From: Octopus vulgaris
Taxonomy: Eukaryota
Assembly (NCBI GenBank): GCA_951406725.2
Contig: OX597824.1
Span: 50,096,001-50,160,000 of the forward strand
DNA: 64,000 nt
Reading direction: 5' to 3'
The notes under the pieces are model-generated. The model did no database searches, had not been told where the DNA came from, and was given only the letters and a program-made list of their open reading frames with translations. The number at the start of each line of letters is the position of its first letter. The first letter of the stretch is position 1. The translations under genes and the position numbers were made by a program. This document shows, in pieces, positions 1 to 15,511 of this stretch.

Positions 1-79
1 AGTTACGAACCATTAATATATTATCTACTCGCTCAATTAGTGAACTACAGTTTGATGGGGGCACTAACAGAGATGAACA

Positions 80-664
80 AGGCAAGAGCTAACGTGGAGG
101 TGGTGGACAGAGATAAGAAGAGAGACATAGAATTGGATTAAAGGAACATTAGATAGAAAGACACAGAGAGAGTTTCTTTTTACTTCTGGTATTAAAAAGC
201 TCATGTAAACCTTCATTTGAATTAATTTTCAATGAAAAAAAAAGTAAATAAAAGCGTTATATGGTCATGGGGTTAAATAAAACCTGTGAATGCTAGATAT
301 TAGATATTATAGGTAAAGATCACATTTCGTAGCCTTTTGACCCTTTGTGACTTTTTAACAGAATAAATTTGCTTATCATTTGCATGAACGTGTAAGTCTT
401 AACTGGGCAATCATTTAAAGCGGTCATTTGAAATATTTTGGTGAAAAGTTGCGAAGTTAGAGTAGTTTGATTTTTCCGCACCCCTAATTTTCTGCCGCCA
501 GCTGTAAAAGTGGGCGTGGTCAAAAAGTCCATGGTGAGTATCTTCCATCCCAGTTTTTTTTGCAACATCAATTTTCTGACTTGTTGGACCCAAGGCTACA
601 TGAAAATGCTCATTAAAGTAAATCAAAAGGGTGGTGAACCATGGCCTCCACTAGCTCATGGCCT
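80..664. mobile_element. Possible non-autonomous DNA transposon remnant with imperfect terminal inverted repeats
   Basis: aggcaagagctaacgtggagg (~80-100) resembles the reverse complement of cctccactagctcatggcct (~645-664); no coding capacity seen. Confidence 0.3.
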
Positions 665-669
665 AATGC

Positions 670-985
670 ACTGCGGTTATCCTGGAACATCGCCTTAAAG
701 GGTTATAATCGAGGAAATCGACCCCAGGACTTATTCTTTGCAAGCCAAATTCTTATTCTATCGGTGTCTTTGGCCGAACTGCAAAGTTACGGGGACATAA
801 ACATACTAGCATCAGTTGTCAAGCCATGGCAGACACATACATACACGCACACACGGCGGGCTTATTTCAATTTCCGACTACCCAATCCATTCTCAGGGCT
901 TTGGTCGGCCCAAAGTGTCACGTAGTGGGACTGAGCCTGGGACCAGTTGGTTGGGGAGCAAACTTCTCACCACAAAGCAAATTTT
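670..985 (-). mobile_element. tRNA-derived SINE, family A (decayed)
   Basis: Reverse-complement similarity to the family A copy at 32178-32522. Confidence 0.7.
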
Positions 986-1004
986 GCGCCTCAATATATA
1001 TATA

Positions 1005-1179
1005 TATTCTTTTGTTTCAGTCTTTAGACTGCAGCCATACTGGGGCACCGACTTGAAGAAATTTAATCAAACGAATCAACCCCCAGCACTTATTTTCTAA
1101 ATCCGGGTACTTATTCTATCGGTTTCTTTTGCTGGTCCACTAGGCTACGGGGACCATAACCGGTTGTTTACAAACACAG

Positions 1180-1222
<43 letters not shown>

Positions 1223-1375
1223 CATGCATACACATGCACACACACATATTTATATACACGACGGCTTTCTTTTTTAATTTCCGTCTGTCAAATCCATTCA
1301 CAAGGCTTTGGTTGGCCCGTGGATAGAGAAAAGACTTGTCCAAAGTTACACGCCGTGGAACTGAACTCGGAACCA
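1005..1375 (-). mobile_element. tRNA-derived SINE, family A
   Basis: ttccgtctgtcaaatccattcacaaggctttggttggcc and the tail tcttttgtttcagtc match family A in reverse; internal (CA)n. Confidence 0.8.
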
Positions 1376-1921
1376 CAAACACACACACAGGCACAAAGAC
1401 GCCTTTACACGTATGTATAAATGAGCAGAGAGGAACAATTGAGAGTGACAATTGATATGTATTTGAGCAACATAAACAAATACAGGTATACCAGATACCA
1501 TACAACATAGATTCCTGTTTATTAAAATTATCTCCGCCTCCATAGGACGTATTTCAATTATTAATTGTAAACTGAAAATCAGTTCTATATGAAATGGAGA
1601 GATACCCTATAGAATCAAGAATTAACCAAAGTTGACAAGCTATTAAGGAAAGGACACATACATATATTTACACATAGAGATGAACATACAGACATATTCA
1701 TATATTGCGTACAGATACACATAAATACATATGCATAATCACATACACAGACACACACGCATATATACTCATTTATACATTCCTACATACTAATATGCAT
1801 TTGAATACATGCAGTCGTACGTATATACATATGCACTCACATGCACACACATACATATATATATATACAAACAAACACGTTTATATATATGTATATATAT
1901 ATATATGTATGTATGTATATG

Positions 1922-1954
<33 letters not shown>

Positions 1955-4163
1955 GAATATAGTTGAAAAATTTCGTTATAGGTATAAATATACCATAAAC
2001 AAGTATAAAAAATGCTGGAAAAAAGATGATGAATCAAAATTAGATTTAAAACAAAATTGGATTCAATACATACGTACGTTTCGAAGGACAATGCAAATAT
2101 GTAAGAAGAAAATATGTAAGAAGCAAATATGTAAGAAAATGTAAGAAGAAAATTATAATCATAGTAATTATAATTAAATTCAAGCATTGTCATTCCCATC
2201 AGTGCGAGGAATTTTTGGATGAACATCAAAAAAGGTTTAATAAAATAAAATAACATAAGATACAATAAGGGAGAATACAGATGGTGTAACAGGGAAAAAT
2301 CGGATATTAACAAACAAGTTGTAAAAGGGAAAAATAATAACAATAATAATGATAGTGAGAGAGACGAAAAAGAAAAAGAAAGACCTATCAATGTGTATGC
2401 AAGTCTTATTGAGCAGTAAACTATAACATAAAAATAAAAATCTTACGGATATGTGTAAAGAAATAGTAACAGGTCGAGACGAAGTAAAATGTAAACAAGG
2501 CCACGTATGTATAGTACAAATAGTAGAAAAAAGCCATAGAGAGTTATACTTATACATATTAATAATGAAAAAAATATGTATATTATTACAAAAGGCTTAA
2601 AGCTGATAGGCAAGGCTATGTTTGAAAAAGATACAATATTTAAGTAAAATGTACATACAAGCAGCGAAAAAAACAACAAGAACTTAACAAAGAAAAAGCA
2701 ACGATCACGGACAGGACCGGTCGGTGTATTCAAGAGTGTTACCTTACTCAAAAATCAGCCCGGGGTAGGGGAGATAATCAAAAAAGAATAGGAACAAAAA
2801 CGAATATATGAAGTAGAAAAATATAAATTTACAAGTGATAGAAAAAACGTATACACTTAACAAATATGGATATACAGTGTTACATATATACATACATACA
2901 CACATACACATACCCACACAAACACACGCACACACGTGCATACACTCACACATACACATACAAGGCTGCAAGTGCAAGGGAAGATACAAACAAGTAAAAT
3001 AAAATGATAAAATAATAAAGGAGTACGTATTCACATAAGACGTATATATGTGTGTGTGTGTGTGTCTGCATGTGTATACATATATATATATATATATACA
3101 TGTATGTATATATGTATATATATATATAAACGCACACATACATATACACACATAGAGACACACACACATATATACGAATTTACACATACACACATGCACA
3201 GACATATAAATACGCATACATGCGTGTATATGTTTATATATATATATATATATATATATACACCTTATATTCATGTGGTGTATTTTAAATGCATACTCCT
3301 ATGTGTGGATGCACATTATGCTTGTATATGCATGTATGTAAATATATATATGAGTATATTAGTTTATATATGTGCGTAGATGTTATGCATATATATGCTT
3401 TCTCCTTAACTGTTACCTATTTTCTTTACGTTTATTTTTCTTTTATCAAACTTCTTAACGGGTAGACTATTTGAAATAAAAATGGCTATAATTCAAATGA
3501 CCATCTAATTGTTACTAATTTTTTTCTAGAACAATCCAGAGGCATCAATTTTTGTCAGTCTCTATGAAAAGAGGTTCCCCAAAACAGAAGCCAGTTTCAT
3601 AAGTGTTATACACGAAACTTTCAGCTCCTGAGTCATTTTCTAACTTCTGCGGATTAATGTGTTTGATTGTGTTATTGTAATTCCCACCTAATTTTCATAA
3701 AATTATGTGCTTAGTAAATTGTATATAAACCAAGGGAAGGGAAAGGAAAAGAGTAGATTGACGTTTCGGGCGAACCAATTATCAAAGTAGAGTAAGAAAG
3801 AAATAAGTAAGGAAAAAGAAACATTAAACGAAACGATGCCTAATTAACATACATGTGTGACTTTGGACTATGCGCTGAAGAATATATCTCTATGTTTATA
3901 TATTTATATATACATACTTCCAAAAGGTCGATTTCATTGCGTTTGAGATGCATATCGCAAACATTGATTCATCGTGTTAAGTGAACCTCTTTCAATTTAT
4001 GTGGAACACACATATTGAGCTTCTTGCCAACCCAATGCACACATATATTTGGTTGGCAATATATATATTTATTGGTTACATTTCAAAATGTAGCCACATG
4101 TGATTCGTTGGCGATTTTTTTTTACTCCGTTTTTCTTTTCTCTTGGAGCTTCCTCTGTCTCCT

Positions 4164-4201
4164 GTTTCTGAAGAAGAAGAGCTTTGTTCGAAACGTAAAA
4201 C
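4164..4201 (+). ncRNA. Minimal type I hammerhead ribozyme of PLE type
   Basis: gttt-CTGAAGA-agaa-gagc ttt gttc-GAAAC-GTA-aaac; stem I gttt/aaac, stem II gagc/gttc, palindromic ACGT in place of stem III. Confidence 0.6.
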
Positions 4202-4307
4202 CACCTTGCTTTCCTTCCCTGAGTGTCTGCTAGTACTTTGCATGTACCACATCCTTGCGTTGTTGCTTTTTCTTGTGTTTGTTCTACCTTTTTTATTTAC
4301 TATAACT

Positions 4308-4643
<336 letters not shown>

Positions 4644-5118
4644 TTATCATAGTCCTATGATAAATAGTCCTTGAGCATAGTCCTATGAACCCAGAAATCG
4701 AAAACAGAGAGTTGCTTATTTGCAAAAAAAAAAAAAAAAGAAATATAAAATGTGACTTCATTGACCGAGGTTACCGTGGTCTTTTCCGTAGGCTTTTCTT
4801 TCCACGGGTAAACCTCACCTGTCCTCCCCTTTACACTTCATATTGACATTTCTGTGATAACGATCCCTATTGATCAATTTTTTTTTCCTCTCCCCCTTTT
4901 TTTAACCCCCCTTTTTTTTGTCCTCTTTCTCTCCTTTTACGATCCCTTTTGATCGAAACTCCCCCTTCCTTTTTTTTTTTTTTTTTTTTTTTTTTAAACC
5001 TTCAAAAGAAAAGCTCTACCTTGTAATTTGTTCTATCTGTGTGCAGCCCTGTGTGGCTAATAAAGAAACATATCTATCTATTTATCTATCTATCTATATC
5101 ATCTATCTATCTCTCTAC

Positions 5119-5210
<92 letters not shown>

Positions 5211-5247
5211 GTATGTATGTATGTATGTATGTATGTATGTATGTATG

Positions 5248-5281
<34 letters not shown>

Positions 5282-5434
5282 GTTGTATTTCGGGTAATTT
5301 TCTTTTACCAAATAAACACACGTTATTCCCTCGTTTATTGCTGGTCTTATTCTACCTCATGTTTATTGTCCGGAAATCTTTTGTCACACGTCTGTGACCT
5401 CCTCAGTGACACTTTCCGTCTTCGTGTGATTTCT

Positions 5435-5481
<47 letters not shown>

Positions 5482-5842
5482 TATATATATATGTTGGTAG
5501 CGAGCTATAAATATGTATGTATGAATGTGTGTGTGTGGGGGGGTGAGCATGTGTATATATGTGTATAAATATGAGAAAGAGACACACAAAGAGAGGGAGG
5601 AAGGGAGAGATTGAACAACATTAGCAGCTATGTCGATAATATGATTGACAGTTGTATAGGTTAAACGATATACTAAGAGTTTCGTTGATAGATCAATAAC
5701 AGAAACAAATATTGGCCCAGATCTCCCTCTCCTTCTCTCTCTCTCTCTCTCTCTTCATTTCTTTTATCTCTTTTTTCTCCATCTTTCTCTATATCTATAT
5801 TGATAGATAGTGGAAACGATGATATATATTAGAGATAGAGAA

Positions 5843-5878
<36 letters not shown>

Positions 5879-6399
5879 GAGGGGGAAGAGAAGGAAACAG
5901 AGTGAAAGAGAAAGTCAGTGTTGTTCAGAAACTGCCGTTTGACGTTAAGCGTTCAGAAGCCACATAGAGCGCTGTTTCCATTGGTTGGCGGAAGGATATA
6001 CAATAGTTTATATAATAGGTTTTGGTTGTTAAATGTGAAAGGCAGTGGTGCTGGTGCTGTTGGTGGTGTTAATAGTAACAGTTGTGATGGGGACTGAGGC
6101 GGTGTTGGTGGTGTGGTTGGCCTGAATTGTTATTGTGGTGGTGATTATATCGGTAGTTGTAGCTGTTAAGGTGATGTTGGCAATGGCGGTTATGGTGTTT
6201 TGGTGGTCGTGCTGGTTGTGGCAGTAATGCCAAGGATGACTGATTGGGATGTTGTGCTGTTAGAGTTAGTAGTGGTGGTGGCGATGATGATGATGATGAT
6301 GTTTGTTGTCAAAGTATTGATGGCAGAGTGGTGATACTGGTAGTCGTTGCCTGAAATTGCGGTGATCATGTTTGCTTTTGAAATATTTTTGATAGGTTT

Positions 6400-6603
6400 A
6401 AGGCGGTGAGCTGACAGAATCGTTAGCTCGCCGGGCAAAATGCTTAGCGGCATTTTGTCCGGCTTTACGTTCTGAGTTGAAATTCCGCTGAAGTCGACTT
6501 TGATTTTCATTCTCTCGAGGTCGATAAAATAAGTACCAGTTGATCACTGGGGTCGATGTAATCGACTTACCCCTCCTCCAAAATTGTGCCAACATTGGAG
6601 ACC
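6400..6603 (+). mobile_element. tRNA-derived SINE, family B (Nin/Deu-domain-like core), with target-site duplication
   Basis: ggcggtgagctgacagaatcgttagc...gaggtcgataaaataagtaccag...ggggtcgatgtaatcgactt; flanked by aaatatt(t/c)ttgataggttt on both sides. Confidence 0.85.
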
Positions 6604-6879
6604 AAATATTCTTGATAGGTTTGACATAAAGGAGGAGCTGAGTGTTTGGCCAGCACAGAACCTTTAGGCATCAGTGGGAATTGGCACAGTTAATGATTCC
6701 CTTGAATTGTTGCAGATTGATGACAGGAGTAAGTAAATGAGTGGAGAAAGAATCCCAAAGTTTCACATTTCGGGTAGATAGGACTGGGTCGAATAGTTCG
6801 TGTGAGGTCTGGACCGGCATAGAAGTTGGTGGACACAACATTGATGAATAATATATAGCTTTCCAAATCTTTTATCGTT

Positions 6880-7268
6880 TACTTTTTACTTATTTCAGTC
6901 ACTAGACTGCGACCATGCTGGGGCATCGCATTGAAGAATTTCTTTTAGCCGAATGAATCTACCCCAGTAATTAATATTTGTTAAGCCTGGTTCTTATTAT
7001 ACCGGTCTCTTTCACCCAACTGCTAAGTTACGGAGACGTAAACACACCAACACCGGTTGTCAAGCGGTGCTGAGACAAATACACACACACATACACACAT
7101 ATGTATATATATGACGAGTTTCTTTCAGTTACCATCTACGAATTCCACTCACAAGACATTGGTCGGCCAGAGCGTATAGTTCGACACATTTGCTCAAGGT
7201 TCTTGCAGAGGGACTGAACTCGACGTCATGTAGTTGGGAAGCAAACTTCTTACCACACAGCTACACCT
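6880..7268 (-). mobile_element. tRNA-derived SINE, family A
   Basis: Near full-length reverse copy ending cttcttaccacacagctacacct. Confidence 0.85.
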
Positions 7269-7889
7269 AATATTTTCTATATTCTTTTTGTAGCTTGGTT
7301 TTGTGAAAGTTTTTCAGAATCGAAGGCTGTATGCAGTTAGGTAGAAGCAAAGACTAGGTTATAATGATACTTATTGACGGTAACCTGTCCGCCCAGAATT
7401 AGGGATTTTGGTGGACGGTTTCAAGAACTCTTCCAGTTATATTACTTTGTGTTCTACACAAATTATTGCCTACCTAATTTAGTAATGAGATGGGTGGCTG
7501 ACTGTTTAAGGTCCATCTTTGAAGGTATTTGAAGAGGACGGTGTTACTGTTTGAGAGTATAAAATATATTTAGCAAAGGTATCACCAACACCAAGGAGAA
7601 TCTCACGTTATATGAATTTCTGGACCGCAATGGTTTACTTTGTATATTATGTATATATATCAATATATTTACATATATTATATGCATGTATATATGTATT
7701 TATATATATGTAACTACATCTATATATCTATATTTATAACCACATATACATTTATAAATTATATACAAATATATTTATATATGTATATATGTACATACAT
7801 ATGCATGTGTATGTATGTATGTATGTATGTATGAATGTATGTATGTATGTATGTATGTATGTATGTATGTATGTATGTATGTATGCGTG

Positions 7890-7922
<33 letters not shown>

Positions 7923-7925
<3 letters not shown>

Positions 7926-8234
7926 TGCAGGAGTGGCTGTGTGGTAAGTAGCTTGCTTACCAACCACTTGTGAGTGGAATTGAAAGAAGCCCGTCGTATA
8001 TATGTGTATATATATATATGTATGTGTGTGTATACGCTTGTGTGTCTGTGTTTGTCCCCACCACAATCGCTGGACAACGGATGGTGGTGTGTTTACGTCC
8101 ACGTAACCTAGCGGTTTGGCAAACCGAATAGAATAAGTACAAGGCTTACAAAGAATAAATGCTGGGGTCTATTTGTTCGACTAAAAGCGGTGCTCCAGCA
8201 TGGCCGCAGGCAAATGACAGAAAAAAGTTAAAGA

Positions 8235-8235
<1 letters not shown>
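7923..8235 (+). mobile_element. tRNA-derived SINE, family A, internally deleted
   Basis: Head ggtgcaggagtggctgtgtggtaagtagcttgc joined directly to ttgtgagtgga; tail gcggtgctccagcatggccgcag. Confidence 0.85.
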
Positions 8236-8289
<54 letters not shown>

Positions 8290-8459
8290 CACACACATTC
8301 AGTATCCTCAGTTATGTCATATGCGTATTTACCGTGCATTTATTTCATTTATTAAGTAATGTGACACAACACACACCGAATTTGTAAGGTACCCGTGTGA
8401 ATCTCCCTCTCACTTGTACTTTATTGTGTTGTGTTACAACACAATAAGTGCATAATACA

Positions 8460-8656
8460 TAAAGGAAGATGGTCACGTGAGGAGAAGAAAGATGGCCAAT
8501 GGTCACGTATGAGCAACGAGAGAGAAAAAGAGAAAGAGACAGAGACAGATAGAAAACGGTGAAAGAGGGAGAGGAGACAAAGGGACTCTCTCTCTCCTCT
8601 TTTTCTCTTTTTCTCTCTCTCGTTGCTCGCACGTGACCATCATCAATCTTCCTTTT
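8460..8656. repeat. Foldback inverted repeat (MITE-like)
   Basis: atggtcacgtatgagcaacgagagagaaaaagagaaagag pairs with ctctttttctcttttctctctctcgttgctcgcacgtgaccat; outer aaaggaagat/atcttccttt. Confidence 0.7.
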
Positions 8657-8717
8657 CCTGTATGGACGTTCAAAAGACTAGACATTTGTTTTCTCTCTCT
8701 TTCATCTTTTCTCTTTT

Positions 8718-8930
8718 ATAGGGTCTCTATAAAGTCATGAAAAAGAAGTCATTTTTGTGGCAGAAATTGTGAAAAATATTTGATAAAAGAAGTAATAAAT
8801 AAAACTTCAGAAGAACCTAAAAACTAGACATATCAAGTTTTCTTATACTTTTTAAAGATAAATTCTATCATGTATAGTTACGAAGCTACATGTATTTTAA
8901 CTTGTACCATGATTTTATGGACACTCAGTA
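8718..8930. mobile_element. Tc1/mariner-type MITE
   Basis: tagggtctctataaagtcatg versus catgattttatggacactcagta as imperfect TIRs; TA at both ends. Confidence 0.5.
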
Positions 8931-9374
8931 TATATAATTTGATTATTATATCATACTTATACAATGTAAAAATATGCTGCAGATTGCGATAGCCAATAAA
9001 ATAGAATTAAAATTTAAAATTCTATTCTTTTCGTTTGGCCCGCTACTATATGATCCTCGGCCAGCTACTGATTCAACAGGCAGAAGGCAGGAGATCCCTG
9101 GAGATTCCGGATAAAATTCGGTCCGACGACGTCCGTCATATTTTCTTGTTTCTTTGTACAGCTTTGTAGCTTTAGAAGTAATTCGAAGCTCTAATCATCC
9201 TCTCCTCTATTTATTCGAGGACAGTGATTCTACGAGTGTGGCCACTTAGGAGTTTATCTAATCTCTCAACGTAGCCGACTGTGAAACCGTACGAGGCAGA
9301 GAGAGAAAGAGAGAGAGAGAGAGAGAGGGGGGGGGGAGAAGGAAAGAAAAAACCCGAAGAAAATGAAGTGGACG

Positions 9375-9455
9375 AAGAAGAAGAAGAAGAAGAAGAAGAA
9401 GAAGAAGAAGAAGAAGAAGAAGAAGAAGAAGAAGAAGAAGAAGAAGAAGAAGAAG
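9375..9455. repeat. (GAA)n microsatellite
   Basis: Directly visible. Confidence 0.98.
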
Positions 9456-10289
9456 CTACTCCTGCATTTGACATTTACTTCCTGTAAATGGACAGTAAAG
9501 TTAACTTCGGCCCAATTTGAGCGCAGATATTGTCGATCGAGAACAGTTACCGCGATGTATTTGTCCAACGTACTAATATTATCATTCTCCCGCTCAAAAC
9601 ACAGAATATTACAACTACGAAATCGTACTGTAACTCTATTGACCCTTGAGGTATGACAAAAGTCGGTGTCCGTTGAGATACAATCTTAGAATGCAGAAGG
9701 ATGGAAATCAGTTCTGCAAGGCCCCTCCCTTCATCCTTTATCCTACAATCTCTACCTTATACCTCACCCCTTTCCTCTGCAACATTGAAAGAATCACAGA
9801 AATTTTAGATGAAGGACAAAGTTATTTACTTTATTTCTTGTTATGTAACAAATATTTTTTTTGATTACAAGTAAGTTCATACCCATCGTGAAGAATGTTC
9901 TAGAAACAATGCTACATAGACTATACTGCTTTAGCAGAGGAGATGATATGAAATTCGGCGTGACAAATGCTTCAAGACAACCTTGAAAGAAAGGAAAATC
10001 AAATATTGAACACTTCGAAGGCCACCGAGCTTTACTCGCAGTACAGTAAGAACACACAATAAAGAATAAGCGACTGAGAAGTAATGATGCTGATGCTGAT
10101 GATAGTAGTAGTACTAGCAGTATTATATTTATTCTTTTATTGTGAACTTATCTCTCCGTAAACTTTCTGTGCGATGAACATTCTTCGAAGTGACATTCCT
10201 TGCGGTGAATTTTCCCGACGGTGAATTGAGGACAGTGAACTTGTTGGACGTAATTTATTTTATGAACAAGAAAGAGGTATGTATGGAAA

Positions 10290-10660
10290 GTATCGCCTAC
10301 CTTGGTGGGATTTGTACTCATATCGTGCGGGCGGGAACCTAAAGAAATACCCTAATGCATTTTAGCCGCCACTCTACCTACCATTCCTACTATTCGCTTC
10401 CTCCTTATTATTCATCCGTAAACAAATATTGATTTCAAGTTTTGGCTCAAGGCCAGCAATTCCGGATTACATCGAATGCCTGTGTTCAACTAGTACTTAT
10501 TTTATCGACCCCGAAAGGATGAAAGGCAAAATCGAACTCGGTGGAATCTGAACGCAGATCGTGATGGTAAAGTAATACAGTAAAGCATTCTAGACGCCAC
10601 TCTACCGACCATTCCTGCTTTTCACTCCCTCATCACACTATTCCCGTCTATACAAATATT
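10290..10660 (-). mobile_element. Two tandem decayed family B SINE segments
   Basis: tacttattttatcgaccccgaaaggatgaaaggcaaa is the reverse family B core; gccactctacc..ccattcct...acaaatatt occurs twice. Confidence 0.7.
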
Positions 10661-10789
10661 AATACAATATCATAACAAAAAATAACTCTGCTGCTTCAGT
10701 TCGCAATCACAACAAAAAGAATAACATGATCAAGAACATGAATAACAATAACAACAGCAACAGTAATAATAATCAGAATGCAACGATAT

Positions 10790-10860
<71 letters not shown>

Positions 10861-11192
10861 GTATATATACATATATGAGTGTGCGCGGGGGGGGGTGAAA
10901 CCTCATTAAAAAATGCTTATTTTATTTTATTTAGTTGTTTCACCCCTTTAGTAATGGGGTGGTTTTAATGCTCCGCTGTTTTTATTTACTGTCATTTAAA
11001 ACCTCCCCCTATCCCTCTTTAACCACAGGTATATTGATGTCAGCGAAATTTTATTGGCTTTTGCTAATAAATAAATGTTAGGATTTATGCTATAAAAAAT
11101 TCAGCTGCTCCTCCCTCACTGAAGCCGTTCGATTATCAATAACAAGGAAACAAAGTTCAATACGATTAATAGACACCATTTAATTACTATTA

Positions 11193-11260
<68 letters not shown>

Positions 11261-11492
11261 TGTTTTACATTTTTCACTAAATTTTAGTATTTTGTTATAT
11301 ACATTTTATATTTTTTAATATTTTTTTATTATGCGATATAAAATTTAGTATTTCTTTTTTTTTCCGTGAAAGTAGTTTACTTTTTCATCGTCTTAATCTG
11401 TTTTATAATTTTTTAAATACTTTTTTCTCTACATCACTCACACGTACGCTCTTTCTCCTATATATAAATATATCGTAAATAAACACACAGCG

Positions 11493-11558
<66 letters not shown>

Positions 11559-11726
11559 TATATACATACATACACGGACACACATATACATAAACATATA
11601 TATAAATATATATACACACATGTATATATACACACAGGCATATACATATATATATACATATATATATGTGTGTGTGTGTATATATATATACATATACCTA
11701 TATATATATACCTATATATACACAGG

Positions 11727-11762
<36 letters not shown>

Positions 11763-11889
11763 ATATGTATATATACACACACGCACATACCTATATATGT
11801 GTGTATATGCGTGAATGTGTGTGTCTGTGTGTTTATGTACATATGCATTCCTCTGTGTGTAAATATTTACATATATATATTAATATAGA

Positions 11890-11979
<90 letters not shown>

Positions 11980-12387
11980 AGAGGGGGTATATGTATCTTT
12001 GTGAGTATGTGGATATTTATAGATAGTTTTCGCAAGTTTGTTACTCACGCATTAAAATAAGTAATGTTCTTTTTATTTACATTTTTAAAAAAATATCTTA
12101 CCTTATATCATGCACACACACACACACACACACACATGTATCATATTTACATGTATGTAACTTTTTATACAATTTCCATATGTTATTTCCATTCATCTGA
12201 TATATTATCTCCTACAATTATGTCCCTAATATATTGAACATATTTTCGTTAATTTATGATAAACAGACACATACATACATACATACTTACATACATACAT
12301 ATATATGTCTGTATATATATATACACACACGCATATATATATATATGCATATATATAAGGACGATACTCACACACATACCACAAATA

Positions 12388-12476
<89 letters not shown>

Positions 12477-12886
12477 TATATATATGTAGACACATAGTGT
12501 ATACTCGTATAGGTATTTACGTAGAGCGCGCGTGGATAAGGAGAAAGACCTGCAATGAATGAGAGTGAGAAGAGTAACAGTAGATATTTTAGTTTTCATG
12601 GATTCTATTTTGTATTTTTATATACATTCTAATATATATATATATGTATTTAATGCTTAATTTAAACATTTCTGTTATCGTCCTTTACGGTTATCTTACA
12701 ACCGCTTATAGGCGCGCACGCGTATATATACACATCCGCCCACCCGCAAACATCCCGGTAAACATCTATCAATAAATTCTACTTAACAAACATTAATTTT
12801 TTTTCCCTATTTACACATATTTTGTGTGTGTGTGTGTATTTGTGTGTCAATGTGTGTGCGCGTATATGTATATGTATGAATGTATG

Positions 12887-12951
<65 letters not shown>

Positions 12952-12974
12952 GGTTTATATTTTTATTAAAATTT

Positions 12975-13235
12975 TTTTTTTCAGTCATAAGACTACGGCC
13001 AAGCTGGGGCACTGCATTGAAGAATTTTAGCCGAACGAATCGACCTCAACATTTATGTTCCAAACCCTGGTACTTATTCTATCGTTTTCTTTCGCTGAAA
13101 CGCTAGGTTACGGTGACGTAAATACCCCAACAAGCAGTTTGGGGGAATATAGACTAAAGACACACACAAACACACACAGAACGGGCTTTTTTCGGTTACC
13201 GTTTACCAAATCCACTCACAAGGATTTGTTCAACC
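12975..13235 (-). mobile_element. tRNA-derived SINE, family A (head missing)
   Basis: ccgtttaccaaatccactcacaagg and the family A tail in reverse. Confidence 0.75.
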
Positions 13236-13287
13236 CAAGCATTTTTTAATGAGGTTTCACACACGCCTGCACACACACATATATGTG

Positions 13288-13349
<62 letters not shown>

Positions 13350-13452
13350 TGTGTGTAGAAAACATCCTCGTTTTTTTATATATATATACACATACATACA
13401 TACATATATACATACATACGTACGTACGTACATACATACATACATACATACA

Positions 13453-13483
<31 letters not shown>

Positions 13484-13639
13484 GTTTCTGTGTACATGTC
13501 TATAAATTATATCAAATTTTCAGCCATTGGACAGCGACTATGCTGGGGTATTAGTCGATGATAATGATCGTGATATTGATCTCTGTTTGTTGGACTACTG
13601 TGTCCGAGACCTAAAGGGGCACATAAGAAACATCAATAT

Positions 13640-14112
<473 letters not shown>

Positions 14113-14231
14113 AAAAATAAAACAATATGTGTGTGTATATGTTCTTGTACATATATGTGTATATATATGCATATATATGTGTGTGTATATATATGTATAC
14201 ATACAAACATACATACATACATACATACATA

Positions 14232-15492
14232 CAAGGGTTGGACTAAATAATAGAAATACTTTAAAATTTAAAACAAATTTAATTTAATATGGGTTAGATC
14301 GCCTTTGGCAGTAATTCTACGAGGTATGGTTTTGTACGAAGTTTGAATTGTTTCCAAAGGAATTTGTGTCCATTCTTCAGATAAAACAGTCTCCAGTTCT
14401 TGTAATAATGATGGTAGGGGATATCGACTCCTTACTTGTTTTTCTAAAATGCGCCAAAAATGTTGAATAATATTGAAATCTGTGGACTGTGGCGGTCAGA
14501 TAAGATGTTCAACTTCACTAGAATGTTCTTCGTACCATTCAGTAACAACTTTAGCTCTGTGAATTGGTGCATTATCATCCTGAAAGATTGCGTTTTCCTT
14601 AGGAAACAGTTTCGCAAACATAGGATTAATTTGATTAGATAAAATGCTTAAATAGTCTTGATTATTAATTTTACCATGAAGGAAAACCATTGGGCTGGCG
14701 GATTTCCAAGATATAACCATCCAGATCATCACAGATTCTCCTACATGTTTAACAGTTGGAAGAAGGCAGTGTGGGTCAAATGCTTCTTTTGGTTGTCTCC
14801 ATACGTATACTCGGCCGGTGGTCGGAAATAAGGTAAAGTAGGACTCGTCTGAGAAAATAATATTCTTCCACTTCTCTAGGGACCAATTCTGTAGGGTTTT
14901 ACTCCATTCTAAACGCTTTGCAACGTTTGATTTTGAAAGTAGTGGTTTTCTGATTTAAGCCCTCCTGTGAATTCCGGCTTTGTGCAGCTCCTGGCGAACA
15001 GTTCTTATGGGAACTGGGTTCTCGAGGTGGTCATTAAGCTCTGCAGTAATTTCGGGAGCTGTACTTTTGGGATCTTTTCTAACAATTCGCGTAAGAGTCC
15101 GACGGTCCCTGTCTAAAAGTTTTGATTTTCTTCCAGAGTTTTGTTTCGACGAGGAGATTTTTCCCTCTTTCTCAAAGGCTGTCATTTCATTCGAATCAGT
15201 ACTTCTTGATACACCAAACATTTCAGCTGTTTTCGTTACGCTAGCGGCTGTCATACGAGTACCAACAATTCGACCCCTTTGAAAGTCCGATAGATCTGTC
15301 ATTTTAGTGAATTTTAATTACCTTTTTCTGATGATTGCTGAAAAGAAGCAGCAATTTTAGCAAAACATATTAAGCAACATTAATAATAAATCCCAAAAAC
15401 ATAAAAATAAACATGCTTTTGACGGTTTTACAGATATTTCAAAATTATGATGCTATGATGCTAGGTGTCTTCATTATTTTGTCCAACCCCAG
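14232..15492 (-). mobile_element. Full-length but inactivated Tc1-family DNA transposon
   Basis: TIRs agggttggactaaataat / attattttgtccaacccc; transposase pieces MTDLSDFQRGRIVG (HTH), IIFSDES, IFQDDNAPIH, SPDFNII; disrupted by stops/frameshifts. Confidence 0.93.
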
Positions 15493-15511
15493 CATATATA
15501 TATATATATAT

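Noticed and set aside
3755-3790. HHR-like TTGATAA...gcccGAAACGTC on the minus strand
   Set aside because: Core and stems too degenerate to call
4940-5020. GAAAC followed by an A-rich segment, a possible further scrambled HHR
   Set aside because: No CUGANGA and no consistent stems
6610-7640. Possible ancient PLE endonuclease remnant interrupted by SINEs
   Set aside because: Only vague motif resemblance
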